From a bacterium (GTDB lineage Bacteria; Bdellovibrionota; UBA1018), in assembly GCA_019751945.1 (NCBI GenBank), contig JAIEMT010000007.1, positions 2,608 to 66,607 on the forward strand: 64,000 nt of DNA. Reading direction: 5' to 3'. How positions within the stretch are numbered: position 1 is the first letter of the stretch; every line of letters begins with the position of its first letter. This document shows positions 39,179 through 48,930 of this stretch, one piece after another. A program made the translations under genes and the position numbers. The notes under the pieces were generated by a model. That model did not search any database, was not told the origin of the DNA, and worked only from the letters and a program-made list of their open reading frames with translations.

Positions 39179-40466
39179 TCTGTACTACCTTTTCCTTCTT
39201 GCTATCTCTGGGGAGACTCACGGTCTTCACCCCAAAATGAACGCGCGCCAACTCTGCCAATTCATGCTGACGCTCGGTTCCGATAATTCCGAACTCTTTG
39301 CCCAATTTCTCGAGAACTTCAAGGGCATAATTGAGGTCAGCCTCTTCGTGGGTGGCCATATAGCTAGTGCGAATGAGAGCACAGCCTTCCGGAACGGCAG
39401 GTCTTGCTACCGGGGTAGCAAATACACCGTGTTCGTAGAGTTTCGAAACAAAGCCATACGCTTGGTAATCATCACCGATCAGAAGCGGAATGATGGGAGT
39501 GCGACTGTTGAGCGTGTTGTAACCCATCGACTCCAAACCTTCGCGCATCTTCTGAGCGTTGGAGCGCAGGTTCTGTAGATGTTCCGGCTCTTCCTGAACG
39601 ATCTTCAAACACTCGAGCACAGCGCCCACCGCAGCTGGCGGCATGGCGGCACTGAACATGAACGGACGCGCCTTGTGGCGAATGAAATCGACGACTTCCT
39701 TCTCACCAGCGATGTAACCACCAATGGAAGCAAAGGACTTCGAAAAAGTACCCATGACGAGATCTGCAGCGCCCATCCTATTGAAATGGGCTTCAGTTCC
39801 CTCACCGCGAGGTCCGAGAACACCCAAAGCATGGGCATCGTCCACGTAGACGCGGCAATTATATTGTTTAGCGAGCTGGGCCAGCTCTGGAAGATTCAAA
39901 ATATCGCCGGACATGGAGAATACGCCGTCTGCAATAATCAAGGCGCCGTCGTAGTCCTGGCGGGTTTGCTTGAGCACGCGCTCGAGGTCTGCCATATCGT
40001 TGTGGCGATATTTCACAGTATCGCCGATGGCAACGCGAGTGCCTTCAATAATGGATGCGTGGTTTTCACGATCGCAGTAAATCACGTCGCCACGACCGAC
40101 GAGGCACGAGATCGAACCCTGGTTCGCCAAGAAACCCGTCGAAAAAACGAGGGCAGATTCCTTACCCACAAATTTTGCCAATTCAGCCTCGAGCTCTTCA
40201 TGAAGAGCGAGGTTTCCGTTCAAAAAGCGAGAGCCCGTGCAACCGGTGCCAAAAATATCAATGGCGCGCTTGGAAGCTTCCTGGACCCGAGGATGGTGGG
40301 TCAAACCTAAATAGTTATTGGAACCAATCATGACCCGTCTTTTTCCATGGCTCACCACTGAGGAGCCTACGGTCGATTGAATGGGGCGAAAGAAGGGATA
40401 GAGCCCCGCCGCCTTGATTTTCTTCGCTTCATCATACGCACTACATTTCGCAAACAAATCCATCAT
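39144..40466 (-). CDS. spt: Serine palmitoyltransferase-like alpha-oxoamine synthase (PLP)
   Basis: 440 aa. Close family resemblance to bacterial SPT: GTGCTGSRFLNGNLALHEELEAELAKFVG, ALVFSTGFLANQGSISCLVGRGDVIYCDRENHASIIEG, active-site Lys in GTFSKSFASIGGY, and PVARPAVPEGCALIRTSY. Distinct from the operon-embedded bioF paralog at 12122. Kbl cannot be fully excluded from sequence alone. Confidence 0.55.
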   Translation of the reverse strand: MMDLFAKCSAYDEAKKIKAAGLYPFFRPIQSTVGSSVVSHGKRRVMIGSNNYLGLTHHPRVQEASKRAIDIFGTGCTGSRFLNGNLALHEELEAELAKFVGKESALVFSTGFLANQGSISCLVGRGDVIYCDRENHASIIEGTRVAIGDTVKYRHNDMADLERVLKQTRQDYDGALIIADGVFSMSGDILNLPELAQLAKQYNCRVYVDDAHALGVLGPRGEGTEAHFNRMGAADLVMGTFSKSFASIGGYIAGEKEVVDFIRHKARPFMFSAAMPPAAVGAVLECLKIVQEEPEHLQNLRSNAQKMREGLESMGYNTLNSRTPIIPLLIGDDYQAYGFVSKLYEHGVFATPVARPAVPEGCALIRTSYMATHEEADLNYALEVLEKLGKEFGIIGTERQHELAELARVHFGVKTVSLPRDSKKEKVVQNEYAAVSAEAR

Positions 40467-40673
40467 ATGGTTCTTACCTACCTTGATTCGGGATTATCAT
40501 TAGCCGTAACCCCTTGTCAATTATTGGTATTTTATTACGCAGCAGAAAGTACTCAAGTTCCTATAAAAATTTCCGATAAGAGAAGGGATAGGGAAGTAGT
40601 GTTCGCACATCCTCGGGAAGCCTTGACGCTGGGCGCAGCGTCTCGTTTCTCTCGGCGGAAAGAAGTTCGTATG

Positions 40674-41165
40674 CTCAGCCGTGTTGGATCCGCACTTAAA
40701 AAGTTCGTTTCCCCCATATCGTCGGTCACACCTGCGTCCGCCAAAACAGGATCCCATACCGAAACAGATCAGCAGCCCACCCGCGAAAAGGCCTTGGAAC
40801 TCAGCGGCTTCATTAAATTCGAAAGCCAGTCCGACGAACAAAAGCAGCAACAAAAGAAGAAGCAGAAACAACCGAAAGAGACCGAACTCGCAAAGGACCT
40901 GGAGAGCGCCGGATCAAACGTTATCCCCATTTCCCCCTCGGTCTCGCTCGAACAAACGAGCTCGACTCCAAAGCCTCCAGTGCCCCAGGCCTCGAACCAA
41001 CCTGGAATGACTTCCACCTTCTTAGCCTTCTTCAATATGTTTCAGAGACGGAAGGAATACTTCATTCGTTGGCTGGGGGTGCGCAATTACCAAGACTCCA
41101 CGCGCCGAACCAAGAAGCTTTCAAAGCACTCCAAGGGCACCATGCTCGATCGAAAAGCCGAATAG
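40674..41165 (+). CDS. Low-complexity (K/Q/S/P-rich) hypothetical protein
   Basis: Start placed at MLSRVGSALKK. The track ORF begins at 40377, which would overlap the spt start and leave no divergent promoter space. Contains a QKQQQKKKQKQPKE tract. Confidence 0.3.
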   Translation, partial: LSRVGSALKKFVSPISSVTPASAKTGSHTETDQQPTREKALELSGFIKFESQSDEQKQQQKKKQKQPKETELAKDLESAGSNVIPISPSVSLEQTSSTPKPPVPQASNQPGMTSTFLAFFNMFQRRKEYFIRWLGVRNYQDSTRRTKKLSKHSKGTMLDRKAE

Positions 41166-41209
41166 GGGATGCCCCAAAAACAGGCACCCCCTTCAGCAAA
41201 TTTCAGCAA

Positions 41210-41812
41210 TTACTGACGGCCAAACTCACGGGCTTGTTCCGTGGGCTCGCCATTGTAATAACCGCTTCTCACCACCGAGCCCCGAACTGGGCTTTCAGAA
41301 GGAGTTGGGCGCTCGTAATAATACCGAGCCACCGGTGCCGGCTGCGGAATATAGACCGGTACTGGCTGTGGAATGTAGACCTGAACCGGCGCTGGAGCCG
41401 GGGCGGGAGCTGTCTCCACACGCAAAGGCTGAGGTGCCTGATGGTGGTGCGGATGTTGATAGGCAGGGCCTTCGCAGCTCTGATATCCGCCCTGCACAGT
41501 GCGCTCTGAAGCACTCAAGATGAGATGAATGGGGCAACCACCTGCTGCGTTTTCAACGAGCTCCTTAAAACCCCAACAAGCTCGGTCGCTGACGAAGGTG
41601 TAGTTGCCTTCCCAATTCTGATGATAGTTTCTGTAAGTGAGCGAATTAGAGCGCCCACACGAAACATCGTTGGCGCTGATCCAGCCATCGGCCCAGCTTT
41701 GACCAGCGATGTTCACTCGAATTTTATGAGTTTCCCACGCAAAGGCACCAGTCCCCGGCAATGCCATGAGAACAAGACTTGAAATTCCTACTAAACGCAC
41801 CAGTTTATTCAT
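41210..41812 (-). CDS. Secreted protein with proline-rich tandem repeats
   Basis: 200 aa with a signal peptide (LVLMALPGTGAFA). Repeats APAPAPAPVQVYIPQPVPVYIPQPAPV. The Cys-containing N-terminal domain is followed by HHHQAPQPL. Confidence 0.4.
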   Translation of the reverse strand: MNKLVRLVGISSLVLMALPGTGAFAWETHKIRVNIAGQSWADGWISANDVSCGRSNSLTYRNYHQNWEGNYTFVSDRACWGFKELVENAAGGCPIHLILSASERTVQGGYQSCEGPAYQHPHHHQAPQPLRVETAPAPAPAPVQVYIPQPVPVYIPQPAPVARYYYERPTPSESPVRGSVVRSGYYNGEPTEQAREFGRQ

Positions 41813-41974
41813 ATCTTCTCCCCTTTCAGGATTAGGGGATCGCCCTTAACGAATCCTGGCCCAATTCGTCAATCTTCGCATACTGCGAAATGTCATGGAT
41901 AATCAAGTGTTCAATTTCATTAGACTTTACCCCCTTGATTTTTTGACGCGGTGAATATATAATAATTTTTAACA

Positions 41975-41996
41975 GTTTAAGTTTTCATTAACTTAA
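41975..41996. promoter_or_regulatory. Imperfect palindrome TTTAAGTT-N6-AACTTAAG upstream of the 42014 lipoprotein gene
   Basis: 8-6-8 inverted repeat (7 of 8 matching) about 20 nt upstream of the ATG. Candidate operator, sequence only. Confidence 0.2.
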
Positions 41997-42013
41997 GCTG
42001 CGAGGAGCGATAC

Positions 42014-42943
42014 ATGAAACTCACACAAAAGCGCACTTACAACTTTGCACTGGGTTCTTTAATTGGCTTGAGCATTTTAGCCGCAGGATGCGGCGCCGAA
42101 GACCCTTCCGCCGCCCTGGCAGCTCTCAGCGCCGGCCAAAAGGTCTACGCCAAATCCCTACTTTCTTGCAACCCCCTGAGTGGAGGCTCCGGCCAGGCGA
42201 TCGATTACAACCTCGGCCTCGCCGCTCGTCTGTACTACACACCGGCAGGTCAAACCAATACCAGCAACCGCGTCTCCGATTACATCAACAATGGGGCGGA
42301 CCTGGGCGTCGATATCTTTTTTAACCAAGTGAACGTCCAACCCACCTACTTCACGCAAGGCTTTCCAAGTGAAGCGGGTCCTGCATTTCGCACACCTAAC
42401 GGAAACATCCTGATGGAGTGGTTTGGCATCCGCTATCGCAGTACGCTGCGCCTGGCGAACAAAGCCCCCGGTCGTTATCAAATCGCAACACTTTCAGACG
42501 ACGGCTCTGTTCTCTACATCGCGCCAAATGGTGTGAACGGAAATTCAGTGAAGTTGGTGGATAACGACGGTCAGCATGCCACCAGAATGGCTTGCTCTTC
42601 CGACGTAATCACCATGGATGCCAATACGCGAATTCCGATCCAACTCGACTATTTCCAAGGCCCCCGTTATCGCCTCACCAGTATGATGCTTTGGAGACAT
42701 ATTCCAGACAACGTTGACCTCAACGCGAACCCTTCCGCCTTGAACGACCCAGCCTGCGGAGTTGCGGGAATAGATACTTTCTTCGTCACCAACACCAATG
42801 GCACTCCTTCAACCCCGACCCAGTATTATCAAAATATTTTGTCGCGCGGCTGGGAAGTCATTCCGGAAGAAAACTTCGTTCTGCCCAACACGGATCCTGC
42901 GAATCCTTGTTTCCCGGGGGGTGGCGTTGTCATCGGAATCTAA
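42014..42943 (+). CDS. Lipoprotein, hypothetical
   Basis: 309 aa. Lipobox LSILAAGC after the hydrophobic signal. Confidence 0.45.
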   Translation: MKLTQKRTYNFALGSLIGLSILAAGCGAEDPSAALAALSAGQKVYAKSLLSCNPLSGGSGQAIDYNLGLAARLYYTPAGQTNTSNRVSDYINNGADLGVDIFFNQVNVQPTYFTQGFPSEAGPAFRTPNGNILMEWFGIRYRSTLRLANKAPGRYQIATLSDDGSVLYIAPNGVNGNSVKLVDNDGQHATRMACSSDVITMDANTRIPIQLDYFQGPRYRLTSMMLWRHIPDNVDLNANPSALNDPACGVAGIDTFFVTNTNGTPSTPTQYYQNILSRGWEVIPEENFVLPNTDPANPCFPGGGVVIGI

Positions 42944-42949
42944 GAGAGA

Positions 42950-43636
42950 CTACTGCTCCGCACTTGAGGTCTTGAGAATATAGCCGGCGCCGTAGATCGT
43001 GCTGAGGGAGCAATCAAACTTCTTCAACTTGCGGCGAAGATTAGCAATGTGAGTATCCACGGTGCGATCGGCCACAACTGCATCCGGCCAAAGATCGCCG
43101 AGCAGCTTGTTTCGGGGAATGACCTGATTGGGTCGCTCCATAAAATATCTGAGAAGGTCAAACTCCATCTGAGTCAGACGGGCGGGCTCGTTATTGATCC
43201 AAACCTGATTCGATTTCGGGCAGAGCTTGAGATTCCCCATTTCCTGAACCGACTCTTCTTTTGAATCGAGCTCCTTTCTTCTCACTCGAGCTTGCACGCG
43301 GGAAATGAGTTCACGACCTTGAAAAGGCTTGGTGATGTAGTCATCGGCTCCAAGATCCAACCCCTTGCAGCGATGATCGATTCCCGTAGAAGACGTCAGC
43401 ATGATCACAGGAATACTGCGAGTGGCGGGTTGATCGCGCAGTTTCCTCACTACCTCAAACCCATCCATTCCCGGCATGTTGATATCGAGAAGAATGACGT
43501 CGGGTTGTTTTTGCACGGCCATCAAGATGGCTTCGCGCCCTGAAGAAACCCCCACGGGTTCGAAACTGCCTCGCAAAATATCCGAGACGATTTCAACATT
43601 TTCAGGATCATCATCGACAATCAAAACTTTCTTCAT
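42950..43636 (-). CDS. OmpR/PhoB-family response regulator (no adjacent histidine kinase)
   Basis: 228 aa. Receiver domain (MKKVLIVDDDPEN...DVILLDINMPGMDG) plus winged-helix trans_reg_C (RLTQMEFDLLRYF...GAGYIL). Confidence 0.8.
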   Translation of the reverse strand: MKKVLIVDDDPENVEIVSDILRGSFEPVGVSSGREAILMAVQKQPDVILLDINMPGMDGFEVVRKLRDQPATRSIPVIMLTSSTGIDHRCKGLDLGADDYITKPFQGRELISRVQARVRRKELDSKEESVQEMGNLKLCPKSNQVWINNEPARLTQMEFDLLRYFMERPNQVIPRNKLLGDLWPDAVVADRTVDTHIANLRRKLKKFDCSLSTIYGAGYILKTSSAEQ

Positions 43637-43989
43637 GCGAACATCCCCGACAGTGATTTTCCGCCCAGCAGATGGAGATGCAAGTGAAAAACTGTCTGAC
43701 CGCCGTTAGAATGCGTGTTTATTACCGAACGAAACCCACTTGGCAAAAGACCTTGGTCTCGCGCAATCTTCACAGCAAATTCAAAAAGCTCGCCCACCAT
43801 CTTTTGCTGATTCGGCTCGTCACCCGGGAAAGCGGCATCCAGAGAAGCAACATGGAGCTTCGGCATCACAAGCAAGTGAACAGGGGCCTGCGGGTTTATG
43901 TCTTCTATGCAAAGAAAGTTTGAAGACTCCCCAATTTTTTTGGCCCCAATCTGCCCTGCAATAATTTTACAGAATATGCAGTCTTTCAT
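43633..43989 (-). CDS. HIT (histidine triad) family hydrolase
   Basis: 118 aa. HxHxHxx motif VFHLHLHLLGG. 4-nt overlaps on both sides. Confidence 0.75.
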   Translation of the reverse strand: MKDCIFCKIIAGQIGAKKIGESSNFLCIEDINPQAPVHLLVMPKLHVASLDAAFPGDEPNQQKMVGELFEFAVKIARDQGLLPSGFRSVINTHSNGGQTVFHLHLHLLGGKSLSGMFA

Positions 43990-45242
43990 TTCAGCCTCTC
44001 GATATCGGCGCCAAGCTTTCGAAGTTTCTCTTCCATGCGCTCGTAGCCCCGATCGAGATGGTAAATACGGCTGATCACCGTCTCACCTTCGGCGCAGAGC
44101 CCGCCAATAATGAGACTCGCACTAGCACGAAGGTCGGTCGCCATAATCGGAGCCGCTTTCAACTGACTCTTGCCCTTAACCAGAGCCGCCTTTCCACGAA
44201 TAGAAATATCCGCGCCCAAACGAGATAACTCCGGAACGTGCATGAAACGATTTTCAAAAATATTTTCCGTAATCAGCGATGCTCCATCGGCAACAGCCAT
44301 CACCGCCATGAATTGCGCCTGCATGTCCGTCGGAAACCCCGGAAAGGGCATAGTAATGACGTCCTTAGAAATGGGACGCCCGTGACTTTTTAACGTCACA
44401 CTTTCATCGCCTCTTTCGATCCGAGCGCCAGTCTCTTCAAACTTGGCCAACACCGACTCTAGGAACAGCGGCGAAATTCCATTCACCGTCACTTCGCCTC
44501 GGGTCGCCAAAGCCGCCGCCAAATAAGTTCCGGCCTCAATTCGATCCCCCATGATGGAGTAATTGATTCCACCCAAGGTTTTCTTACCCTGCACGTAAAT
44601 GGTCTCAGTTCCTTCACCTTCAATGATGGCACCCATAGACTTTAAGGATTGAGCAAGATCGACGATCTCTGGCTCGCGCGCGCAATTTTCTAGAACAGAT
44701 TCCCCTTCCGCCAACGCTGCTGCCATCAAAGTATTTTCAGTCGCTCCCACACTGGGGAATTCAAATGCGACTCGCGCACCTTTCAATTTTTTTGCCTTTG
44801 CTAAGACATAGCCTTCTTCGAGTTCGATTTTAGCGCCCAATTTTTCAAGCGCACTCAGATGAAAGCCGATCGGTCGTGCGCCGATTGCGCAACCACCGGG
44901 CAAACTGACTCGCGCTTGTCCGAATCGAGCTACGAGTGGCCCCAGCACCAATACAGAAGCACGCATCTTTCGAACTAGGTCGTAGGGCGCTTCAAATGTT
45001 TTTACACCAGCAGCGTTGAGTTTTACTTTGTGCTGCTCCGGGGAGTTTTCAACTTTCACTCCCATCTGCTCTAGAAGCAAAAGCGTAGTATTGATGTCCT
45101 GAAGCTGAGGGACACGAGCCAATTGGCTCGGTTGATCAGTGAGAAGCGAAGAGAGAAGGATGGGGAGCGCGGCATTTTTTGAGCCCGCTACATCGATCCG
45201 ACCTCGGATCGCCTTACCACCCTTGATTCGTATCTTATCCAT
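43986..45242 (-). CDS. murA: UDP-N-acetylglucosamine 1-carboxyvinyltransferase
   Basis: Start at the internal MDKIRIKGGKAIRGRIDVAGSKNAALP (canonical MurA N-terminus). The 27-codon upstream extension in the track would overlap prmC. Confidence 0.85.
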   Translation of the reverse strand: MDKIRIKGGKAIRGRIDVAGSKNAALPILLSSLLTDQPSQLARVPQLQDINTTLLLLEQMGVKVENSPEQHKVKLNAAGVKTFEAPYDLVRKMRASVLVLGPLVARFGQARVSLPGGCAIGARPIGFHLSALEKLGAKIELEEGYVLAKAKKLKGARVAFEFPSVGATENTLMAAALAEGESVLENCAREPEIVDLAQSLKSMGAIIEGEGTETIYVQGKKTLGGINYSIMGDRIEAGTYLAAALATRGEVTVNGISPLFLESVLAKFEETGARIERGDESVTLKSHGRPISKDVITMPFPGFPTDMQAQFMAVMAVADGASLITENIFENRFMHVPELSRLGADISIRGKAALVKGKSQLKAAPIMATDLRASASLIIGGLCAEGETVISRIYHLDRGYERMEEKLRKLGADIERLK

Positions 45243-45259
45243 CTGCCAACTCGTCCGTT

Positions 45260-46177
45260 TTATCGATGAGCTACGAGCGCACGACTTCTTCCCGTAAGGT
45301 CCGGCACTAAAACCACCTGCCACCCTTCCGTTTCAAAAAGCCCTACAATCTGCTCAGCTCGATTTGATGGTATCTCTACAAAAATTTCAGCATCCTCGGC
45401 AAGGAATTCCTTCGAATTTCGAGAAATTTCTGCATAAAAATGCAGCGAGTCCATAGACACCGGAAACAACGCCAGTGGGGGTTCATGCTCCAACACCTGC
45501 GTTTCAATCTCGTCACTCAAATCTAAATAAGGCGGATTACTGACTAGAAAGTCAGCCCGAATCCCTTCTGAATTCTCACGAAATGTATCAAATACTTCCA
45601 GTGCATTGCGCGCACGAAGAAGTTGCAAGCGCGACGCCCCTTCTTTCAAAATGGATGATGCGTTCTGCTCAGCAATTGCGGCGGCGGAATCACTTACCTC
45701 TGAGGCAATCATTCGCAAATTCGTAAACGCACTCAAGAGCTCAATTGAAATCACACCACTCCCCAAACCAATTTCAATACCCATTTTAGGCGGGCGGGTG
45801 CGCGACTGAAGACGCTTGATCACTTCAGTCACAACTAATTCAGTTTCTGGGCGCGGGATCAACACCCCCGAGGCCACCCTGTAGTCGTGATTTAAAAACA
45901 CTTGAGACCCCAAAAGATACTGGAGGGGTTCGCCGGAAGCACGCCGATTCACAATCCGCTCAGTGGTCAGCCAGCTCTGGGGAGATACCTCTTCCAAAAG
46001 ATTTTGATAGAGCTCCGCTCGTTTCGGAAATCGCCCCATCCGAACTTCTAAAATTTTTGAAACAAGTAATTCTGATTCCTGCAAAACCGCATCCTCTGAA
46101 GCCGCTCTGCCCGAAGACAGAAGCGTCTGCCGAGTGAGCTGGAGAGCTTCGCCAATCGTGATTGGTAATGCTTGCAT
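45260..46177 (-). CDS. prmC: Release-factor glutamine N5-methyltransferase
   Basis: 305 aa. SAM-MTase with the N-methyl-transfer motif VSNPPY. Immediately downstream of prfA. Confidence 0.8.
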   Translation of the reverse strand: MQALPITIGEALQLTRQTLLSSGRAASEDAVLQESELLVSKILEVRMGRFPKRAELYQNLLEEVSPQSWLTTERIVNRRASGEPLQYLLGSQVFLNHDYRVASGVLIPRPETELVVTEVIKRLQSRTRPPKMGIEIGLGSGVISIELLSAFTNLRMIASEVSDSAAAIAEQNASSILKEGASRLQLLRARNALEVFDTFRENSEGIRADFLVSNPPYLDLSDEIETQVLEHEPPLALFPVSMDSLHFYAEISRNSKEFLAEDAEIFVEIPSNRAEQIVGLFETEGWQVVLVPDLTGRSRALVAHR

Positions 46178-46179
46178 GA

Positions 46180-47253
46180 CTAACCCTTGAAACCTTGCTC
46201 TTTAAGGGCTTCCATCTGGTAGTGATTTTGAAGAGCATCCAGAAGCTCCTCGATCTTTCCTTCCATCACATCGGGCAGCTGATACAGCGTGAGTCCGATT
46301 CGATGATCCGTCAAACGACCTTGCGGAAAATTGTAAGTCCGAATGCGTTCGCTCCGATCGCCTGTCCCCACCATCGTCTTGCGCTTATCAGAATGCTCTT
46401 TTGCTGCGCGTTCTTGTTCCGCATCCAACAACCGGGAACGCAAAATCTTCATCGCTTTGTCTTTATTTTTCAACTGCGAGCGTTCATCTTGGCAAACCAC
46501 GACTAAGCCGGAGGGAATGTGGGTAATACGCACAGCAGAGTCTGTCGTGTTAACACCTTGTCCGCCTGCACCACCGGAACGAAACACATCAATGCGCAAG
46601 TCCGCCGGATTAATGTTGACGTCCACCTCTTCTGCTTCCGGCAATACTGCCACAGTCACCGTAGATGTATGAATACGACCTTGTGCTTCGGTTGCGGGGA
46701 CACGTTGTACGCGGTGAACTCCGCCTTCCCACTTCATTCGGCTAAACACGCGCTGGCCGTCGACCTGAGCAATAATTTCTTTGAAGCCACCAATTCCCGT
46801 GGGGTTGGTGGAGAGCAAATCCATTCGCCATCCCTGTTTTTCAGAATAGCGTTGGTACATTCGAAATAACTCGCCCACAAAAAGAGCTGCTTCATCCCCA
46901 CCTGCTCCGGCGCGAATTTCGAGCATGACGTTTTTTTCGTCATTGGGATCTTTCGGGAGCAAAAGGATTTGCAGGCGCTTGGTCGAAGCCTCGAGCTCAG
47001 GCTCAAGATTTTTCAACTCTTCTTTGGCCATGCTGACAATGTCAGCATCCTTTTCAAAGAGGAGTTCCTTGTTGGATTTTATTTCCTTCTGAAGATTTCG
47101 ATACTGGCGGTATTCCGCTACGAGATCCTGCAGGCTGGAATGTTCCTGCGAAAGCTTACGAAAATCCCCAGGACGCGAAGCAAGACTCGGGTCCGCCAAG
47201 CGACTTTCGATTTCTAAAAAACGAGCTTCGATGGATTCTAATTTATCAAACAA
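46180..47253 (-). CDS. prfA: Peptide chain release factor 1
   Basis: 357 aa. GGQ motif (SGGAGGQGVNTTDSAVRITH) and RF1-type PxT region. Confidence 0.9.
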   Translation of the reverse strand: MFDKLESIEARFLEIESRLADPSLASRPGDFRKLSQEHSSLQDLVAEYRQYRNLQKEIKSNKELLFEKDADIVSMAKEELKNLEPELEASTKRLQILLLPKDPNDEKNVMLEIRAGAGGDEAALFVGELFRMYQRYSEKQGWRMDLLSTNPTGIGGFKEIIAQVDGQRVFSRMKWEGGVHRVQRVPATEAQGRIHTSTVTVAVLPEAEEVDVNINPADLRIDVFRSGGAGGQGVNTTDSAVRITHIPSGLVVVCQDERSQLKNKDKAMKILRSRLLDAEQERAAKEHSDKRKTMVGTGDRSERIRTYNFPQGRLTDHRIGLTLYQLPDVMEGKIEELLDALQNHYQMEALKEQGFKG

Positions 47254-47280
47254 TAGAACCCCGATTGATGAGTCGAGCTA

Positions 47281-47481
47281 CTACTTTTTCTTATACTTAT
47301 TCAGGAAGCGCTCGACGCGGCCTTCGGTGTCGATGAGTTTGTGCTTGCCCGTAAAGAACGGGTGGCAATTCGAACAGATTTCGACCTTAATATCCGGCTT
47401 CGTAGCGCGCGTCTGGATGACGTTGCCGCAAGCACACGAGACCGTCGTTTCAACATAAACTGGATGTAAACCTTGTTTCAT
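47281..47481 (-). CDS. rpmE: 50S ribosomal protein L31 (zinc-ribbon type)
   Basis: 66 aa. MKQGLHPVY... with CxC...CxxC ribbon (VSCACGNV...[11 protein letters not shown]). Confidence 0.85.
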   Translation of the reverse strand: MKQGLHPVYVETTVSCACGNVIQTRATKPDIKVEICSNCHPFFTGKHKLIDTEGRVERFLNKYKKK

Positions 47482-47529
47482 AGCCCGAGAGTCCTATCAA
47501 AATGGAGAGTTAGGGTCAACTGCTGGCTT

Positions 47530-48777
47530 TTAGCCGCTCATGGATTTTACGAATTCCTCGTTGGTCTTACTATGGGAGACCTTATCCAACAGGAATTCCA
47601 TCGCATCGACGGTATTCATGGGATGCAGAACCTTACGTAAGATCCAGAGACGATTGAGCATTTCCTTCGGCAGGAGGAGTTCTTCCTTACGGGTGGCAGA
47701 CTTATTGATGTCCAAGCACGGGAAGATACGCTTCTCCATGAGCTTCCGGTCGAGGTGGATTTCGGAGTTACCGGTACCTTTAAATTCCTCGAAAATGACT
47801 TCGTCCATTCGAGAGCCGGTTTCCACCAGGGAGGTCGCGATGATCGTCAGCGAACCGCCTTCTTCAATATTTCGAGCCGCTCCAAAGAAGCGCTTCGGCT
47901 TATGGAGAGCGTTGGAGTCCACACCGCCGGAGAGAATCTTTCCAGACGGCGGAACCACTGAGTTGTAAGCACGGGCGAGACGAGTAATCGAGTCGAGCAA
48001 GATGACCACGTCGTATTTGTTCTCGACCAAACGCTTCGCTTTTTCGATGACCATTTCAGCCACCTGAACGTGACGGGATGCTTGTTCATCGAAGGTGGAG
48101 CTCACGACTTCACCCTTCACCGAGCGTTGCATGTCGGTGACTTCTTCAGGACGTTCGTCGATCAAAAGAACGATGAGCTTAATCTCAGGATGGTTCGTGG
48201 TGATCGCATTCGCGATGTCTTGCATGAGGACCGTTTTCCCCGCGCGCGGAGGAGCAACGATCAAACAGCGCTGTCCCTTTCCGAGTGGCACCATCATATC
48301 GATAATTCGGGTGCTGTAATTATTGGGCTGATATTCGAGGTTGATGCGCTTGTTGGGATATAAAGGAGTGAGGTTATCGAAGAGAACTTTTTCAGCGTTC
48401 ATCTCCGGGGTTTGGAAATTGACTTGCTCCACCTTCAAAAGAGCAAAGTAACGCTCGCCCTCTTTTGGCGCTCTCACGGAACCGCTGACGGTATCCCCAG
48501 TACGCAAACCGAATCGGCGAATCTGCGAGGGCGAAACGTAAACATCGTCCGGACCTGGCAGGTAGTTATAATCGGGAGCTCTTAAAAATCCGAAGCCGTC
48601 GGGCAAACATTCCAAAACGCCATCGGCATAAATGTGTTCATCTTTTTCCGCTTTTTTCTGAAGAACGGCGAAGATCAAATCCTGCTTTCGCATTCCACCG
48701 GCATTCTCGATGCCCAGCTCTTTGCCCATTTCGACGAGGTCGTTGATCTTCTTTTCTTTTAATTCTCGTAAATGCAT
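47530..48777 (-). CDS. rho: Transcription termination factor Rho
   Basis: 415 aa. N-terminal [24 protein letters not shown], Walker [13 protein letters not shown]. Confidence 0.9.
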   Translation of the reverse strand: MHLRELKEKKINDLVEMGKELGIENAGGMRKQDLIFAVLQKKAEKDEHIYADGVLECLPDGFGFLRAPDYNYLPGPDDVYVSPSQIRRFGLRTGDTVSGSVRAPKEGERYFALLKVEQVNFQTPEMNAEKVLFDNLTPLYPNKRINLEYQPNNYSTRIIDMMVPLGKGQRCLIVAPPRAGKTVLMQDIANAITTNHPEIKLIVLLIDERPEEVTDMQRSVKGEVVSSTFDEQASRHVQVAEMVIEKAKRLVENKYDVVILLDSITRLARAYNSVVPPSGKILSGGVDSNALHKPKRFFGAARNIEEGGSLTIIATSLVETGSRMDEVIFEEFKGTGNSEIHLDRKLMEKRIFPCLDINKSATRKEELLLPKEMLNRLWILRKVLHPMNTVDAMEFLLDKVSHSKTNEEFVKSMSG

Positions 48778-48930
48778 TCAAGCCCCTTAATACATCACAG
48801 TCATGTCAGATATTTGGCGGTGACGAACGGCCACCTTTTGATTTGAAATTGGATAAAGGAAACTACCCTTTAACGCCGAGTTAACAAAGTCTGTTCAACG
48901 AGTAAAGAAAAAAGAGTAAGATAGTCTTAT

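Noticed and set aside
40377-40673. Upstream part of the 262-aa + ORF overlapping the spt start
   Set aside because: It would start inside or abutting the divergent spt start codon region, leaving no promoter space. The composition only becomes protein-like (disordered K/Q-rich) after the internal Met at 40674.
41943-41963. Sigma-70-like promoter (TTGACG ... TATAAT) upstream of the 42014 lipoprotein gene
   Set aside because: The spacing between the two hexamers is about 9 nt by my count, too short for a functional -35/-10 pair. Only the nearby palindrome is reported, at low confidence.
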